NCBI GenBank assembly: GCA_964106645.2
Contig: OZ067051.1
Length of the DNA stretch: 64,000 bases
Source: Podarcis pityusensis
Lineage: Eukaryota
Direction: 5' to 3' (one strand)
The translations under genes were made by a program, and so were the position numbers. This document shows positions 58,648-64,000 of the stretch, piece by piece. The notes beneath the pieces are model-generated. The model made no database searches, was not told where the DNA came from, and worked only from the letters and a program-made list of their open reading frames with translations. The first letter of the stretch is position 1. The number at the start of each line of letters is the position of its first letter.

Positions 58648-61600
58648 TTCTCTCCTTCCTATTTGGCTTGACCACGCACACCTCCCTGCTTGCGGCATCA
58701 CAGCACAAGCACCCTTCTGTTTTTTGTTCTCTAGGATCCTCACTGCTGTTGCTTGTGTGTGGGGTTTTTTCTGTTGTTGTATGGATGCTCCAGAAGACTG
58801 GAAAATGCTGGGAGTTCTTCTGCCCACCATCAAATGAACTTCCCAACTTCTTAGTCCTGACTTACAAAGTTTTTAACCTTGGCAAGAGGGCTGGGAGAGA
58901 TTGGGGATACGCTCCCCACCCCCCTTGGCTCTCTACAAAAACATCCTTCCTACTGTATATCCATTACACTAAGTGTCAGTATTAAGGCTCAACAGCCTGT
59001 TGATAAGCTAGCTCTGTTTTACCAAATTCTTTGGTGTAGTGACAGGGCCGTGGGATGGGGGGAGGGAGGCAACACACTGTGCTTAGCTTTGCCACTGTTG
59101 AGAGGAATCCAGCACTTAAGTGCATGCTCTGGATCAAATTTTGAACCACTGAAACAAGACATGCAGACCTGTTTTTGGCATAATCAGTGCCCTTAGTGAA
59201 AGCTTGTTTGTTGCAACAAGATAATTGGCTTAGAAAAAGACATTTGTGGCAGCCCTGATTTGTAGCTTAGTGTTTAACTATGTGGTCAGTTTGGAATTTA
59301 TTCCCTTAACGCCACTTAGATCTTCTTGAAAAGCTTTTAAGTTGCTTTGCATACAGACAGTTGCAGGCATTGATGTGCAATCAGCTTGTGATGAAATTAA
59401 TCAGTGCAACTTAACTATTTCTTGTGGAGAAATAGGGTGGTGTCCTTCCACACACTCCTCCTGGCAAGGCCATGCTAGAATTTGCACTGTTTCTTAGAGT
59501 TTCAGTGGGATGTACCTGCCTCTGTGTCTGTCATATAATGTGACCCAGACTTTTCTCCCACCTAATTTGTTGCAAAACAAACAAAATTCTTCTGCCCAGA
59601 AGCTCAGAGTTTTTCTTCAAGATGCCTTTTAAAGAACAAATCTTTTGCAATCCTTGCTCTGGTCCTCTGGAGGCAGTAAGAGCGCTTCTGCCATGTAATC
59701 GGTAGGAATGGTTCAGAATTCTAAATGAGCAGGGCTCTTTTACAAAGCAGGAAGGGTGTGGCTTGCTGATAAGCAAGAGGTATTTGGAACAGTACAGCTG
59801 AAGTCAGACCAGTCCTCCAAGCAGGTCAAGGCAGAAATTGGGGCTGGCTTGCCTTTGGATTGACTTAATGGGTCTCAAAACAGTTGAAGAGAGTCTTCTG
59901 TATGTTCATGTAAGCTGGTAGCATCTGCATGTGGAAATACAGTTGCAAGATGTCAGTGGAGAGAGAAGTCTAACCAGGGGAATGGCAAGTCACAAATAAC
60001 CTTGCTAAAAGGGAGCATTTGAAAAGTGGAAGTCCAAATTTTTTAAAACATCTTAGTGCCATTGTTTATCTGAAACAAAGCAGTTGTCTGGGCCCATTTG
60101 TCCTCCTTACCTATGAGGCCCAATAACAGAGGCATTGAATATTTGATCTGTTGGGTTCCAGGGCCAAAAGGCCTTTCCCAAGCAGTATAATGTATATAGA
60201 GCAGCTTTGAACAATGCATGCAATTTTTTTATTCCAAAAGCAGGTGAACATTGCTGTTTTGAAAAACGTATAGGAAGTGTTGGGAAGTTAATTCTACAAG
60301 GTTTGTGGGCAAGGTGCCTTTTGGTATTTTAAAAGTCTTTTTATCTGCCTTGCTCAGGTGGGGTGAATTTGAGGTGGCGTTTTGCTTTTCAGTCTATTCA
60401 GACTAAAATTGTTGATCTTTTGAGCAGACAAATCTGTAAAGCAAAGTTTTGCTGTTAGAGGCTAGGGAGAGCACCCTGTCCCTTTTAGTTTCATCCTGTT
60501 CTTAATTGGACACACATTGATTCTGTTCTGTGGGCCCTTGCTGCTGATCCATGCGGAAGCAAAACAGCTCTTAGCATCTTTCTTTGTGTTATATGCAAAG
60601 CAATGTTCCTTCAAAAGCTGTTGCTATTTTGGAGCAGGGGGGTCTTCACAGCAGAAAATTTGCTGTCTTCTTGCTGTGTGTCTGGCAGTTTCTTTTTAAA
60701 TCAGGTATGAAAGGGATAGGGTTTGGCTGTCTTGCATTGGTGCCTCTAGCAGTCTGTCCACACCGTCTGACTGCAGAGAGTGATTAGCACATAATGGAAA
60801 AGCCTGCATATTTTATCCCCTAGGGTGGCTAAGGAAGGATGGTTGTGCTTCAGGCCTAGATTATTTTCTTTCTCCTTTAAAATCATTAACTAGGCTTGTA
60901 GCTTGGCAGAAGAATCTTATTTTTCCTTAAGTACCTGCAACTTGAGAGAAACCTTGCCACTGGAATGAATTATCTTTGGATTATGTTTATGTTTAATCCA
61001 TACACTTCTTTAATAAAACAAACAAATGTCCTATGTCCTCTAAGATTAGAATAGCCAGTATTTCACAAACATTAAAATTGGTGTAAAAAAAAAAAAAAAA
61101 AGCAACCAAGCATCTTTTTGCTCAAGAAAGTCTGTACTGCTGTGACCAAGTTGCTCTTCATACACAGCAAAGCAAGTTGGCTTTCTAGTTGTATTTCTTG
61201 AATGGCTTTTAAAAGGCACAGTATAAACATTATGTGAATAAATAGGTATGTTCTATTGCAAGCTGCTGCATTTTACACAAACCTACACTACAAAATAACT
61301 GTGGTCTCAGTGAAGTTCAACACTAATGGATGTACAGTATAAATATACTTGCATAACAGCTTCTTTAATCTTGCCTGTTGCAGATTTCTTTATTCGTCTC
61401 TCCTTTTGAAACAGAATTGAGTGTTCTGTTAATGAAACTCATTTTCCTTTATCCCATTAAAATATGGAAAAGGGGGATTGCCGAAGTGCATATCCCAAGC
61501 AGGCTGTTTTTCCTGTGGCAGAGGCTGCCTGCAAGTAGCCCTACGCGTTGTTTCTTAATAAGTGTCACTTTTTGTAATGACAACATACTTGATTAGAATC

Positions 61601-63495
61601 CCACTGGATTTTTTGCATTTTGGTGGCTCATATGCAGTACTTAGTTTGTTGTGAACACTTTTAAGCACATGCACGCTCAGTGTAGCTTATACTTCCTTTG
61701 TAATTTCTTTCTTTTTTAAAAAAGCTTTGTTATTCTCTTTAAAAATAATTTAAAACCTGTATAGTATTCAAAGCACGCAATGTAAATATTTATTACTCAA
61801 AAAAAAATAGTGGAGGGGTTTTGGGGGTGAATTTTTTTAAAATCTTGTTCTAATACAATGTCCTTTTGACTTGGAAAAGGAAATTAGTGTAACCCGATAA
61901 ACCCACTCTATGTTCCCTTAAAGAATGTCTGTTGGTTTGTTTGAACATTATAAATATATTTTTAAATTTCTCTGATACCTTTTTAGTTTTGGAAATGCCT
62001 GTCCAAAGAAGATGTACAGTGTTTCAAAACTTCAAGCCTACTTACCTATACATTAATTTTCTTACCCTTTTCAGTTCAATAATCTTAGAGCTGACAGTGG
62101 CATAAACTCCTCTTGGGTGTGCATATATATGATTACAGAGAGTAGTATATCTGTATATTAATGGTGGTAGTTATTCTGTCACTAAGCGTACATCAGTATT
62201 CTTGCATGGTAACTTGGCGCTGTTGCGGAGTAAACCAAGGATTTCAATAAGGGAATGGAGTAGATTTTTATTCCTGCAACCCACCCATCTTTTTCAGGTT
62301 ACGTGGCATGGTGGTGTAACAGCATGACAGAATACAGTTAACATAGGATGATTATTCAATTTACTGTAACACTAGATTTCATTGCGATGTAGTTTCAACA
62401 GTGTTACAGTGCCGGGGTCATCTTTACCACTAGACCATGGAAAGTAGATGGGAGTCCATTACTGACTGCATGCCTTGGAGAACAGTTATATGGCACATTA
62501 GAAAATGTCTTGCTTTTTCAAGCAGTGCTCAGCAGCCTCACGCCATGCACTGAAGTCCACTAAGGAGTAAATGAAACTGGGAGTTGACAGCAGAACCCCT
62601 CTAGTGCCAAGTGAATTAACCCCTCTAGTCATTGAGATTGATGTAGGGTTCTCATTTCAGTCTGCCAGTAGAAGAACACAGCTTCTAATTGTGTATTAAA
62701 ACAGTCACCTCTAAGAGAAATCAAAGCACTTGAGAAGCTATCAGCTAAGTGTTCTTGAGTAACAAAAGCCTGCATTAGTACACTCCTCCAATGTGGTACT
62801 TGTCTGGACAAAATGTGTATATGGCTAAGAAGGTGAGGCAAGCACTGTACACACACAGGTATCCCTACTTGAGCTCTTCCTCATGCCCACTCAACACCAG
62901 CTTCCTTTTAAAAGATACTGAAATCAGTCTATATTATAAACCTGCTTGATCGACAAGCAAGCCTACAGAAGCATCAACTCCTAATTGACCACGACCAAAT
63001 TGAATCCTAAAGTGGTCATCCAAGCATCAAGCATGAGGAGAATGATCAATTACTCCAGCCCTGCAAGATTCAGAGCCAGAGCAGCCGTGGGATTCGGCAG
63101 GAAAGCTGCTAACCCCAAAAACTGGAACTCGCATGCAAGAGCAGAATCAAATAAAACCAATTCACTGGGAGAACATATTCTCTAATTTGCCTGGTGAACA
63201 AACATGTCCAATCTGACTTTTTTTTTTGCAAAGATGAATGGTTTGAGCCGCCTCCTAGGAGTCTGAAAGGTATCTTTCTCCTCTTGTTTTGTTTTCATGC
63301 TTTTAAGAGCTATTTCCTCCTTCAGCTGTTCACTGTAATAGAAGTATCATTTATGTCACAGTATTTATTCCTTACAAACCTTGTGTGACATGCTAGGGTT
63401 CCCATGGATGTAGCTGATGATTATTTTGTAAATATTAATTACTTAACTATACATAAAACTGTATCGTAATAAACTATTTTTGCACCACCCTTGGC
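58648..63495 (+). other. Probable long MPRIP 3'UTR with alternative poly(A) signals
   Basis: AT-rich with no recognisable TEs; AATAAA at 61012, 61237 and 63468; Pumilio-type TGTAHATA at 60191, 61781 and 63427. Confidence 0.55.
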
Positions 63496-63944
63496 ATGCT
63501 GTGGAGAAGATTTTTGTTAACACTAGATACAGAGAAGTTCTTGAAATAGCATTCCAATGTTTTTGCATCCTTCAATTAGTAATAGAAGACAACAGTCAAG
63601 GATGCTATGCTTACTAATAAAAGGATCTATGCAATACAATTGTGGAAAGCCTCCGAGTACGTCCATCTGCTCTGGAGAGGCATTTCAGGGCAGATACACA
63701 GCAAAAATAGCACACGTGAAATTATTAAATGTCCAAAGAATTTAATAGTACATAAGGATGATTGTAGCAGCTATCCCACCTGCAGTTACCCTTCAATATA
63801 AGTTAAGTATTAAGAAACATTTTATGAACTATCATTGGAAGGCCACGACGATTACAGTACACCAATTACTAAACGGCTTCAAGAAAGGCTGAGCATTCTG
63901 AACTAGTGATAAATTACTATTAATTACCACATATTGTTTCTGTA

Positions 63945-64000
63945 GGGACGCGGGTGGCGCTGTGGGTAAAACCTCAGCGCCTAGGACTTGCTGATCGCAT
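63945..64000 (+). mobile_element. Sauria SINE 5' end (cut by the window edge)
   Basis: Reads GGGACGCGGGTGGCGCTGTGGGTAAAACC... Confidence 0.88.

Noticed and set aside
58645-58651. Stop-codon readthrough signal
   Set aside because: The context is TAG-TTCT, not the TGA-CTAG readthrough motif.

Overview
This window is vertebrate genomic DNA from a squamate. Sauria-type SINEs, BovB, L2 and CR1 elements with lizard-type tails suggest a lacertid lizard; the species is an inference. It holds the 3' two-thirds of MPRIP (myosin phosphatase Rho-interacting protein) on the + strand. I traced 20 phase-consistent GT-AG coding exons from 3966 to the stop at 58647, covering the second PH domain, a 3,810-nt giant coiled-coil exon and the C-terminal coiled coil. 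There is also an alternative C-terminal exon (SVIEQVSWDN*) and a probable ~4.8 kb 3'UTR with no recognisable transposons. Introns are dense in transposable elements: Sauria SINEs, tRNA-headed SINEs, L1, L2, CR1, BovB, a Penelope-derived palindrome, hAT and Tc1/mariner MITEs, and a full-length IR/DR Tc1 fossil. The most unusual signals are: (1) a minimal Penelope-type hammerhead ribozyme motif on the sense strand; (2) a T-shaped three-helix palindrome interrupted by a SINE; (3) a hAT MITE whose target-site duplication copied a splice donor; (4) candidate unannotated MPRIP isoform elements, namely a 39-nt microexon, an internal TATA/MEF2 promoter, a short terminal exon and a 120-aa exon extension. 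Family names and orthologue comparisons come from recall, not database searches.
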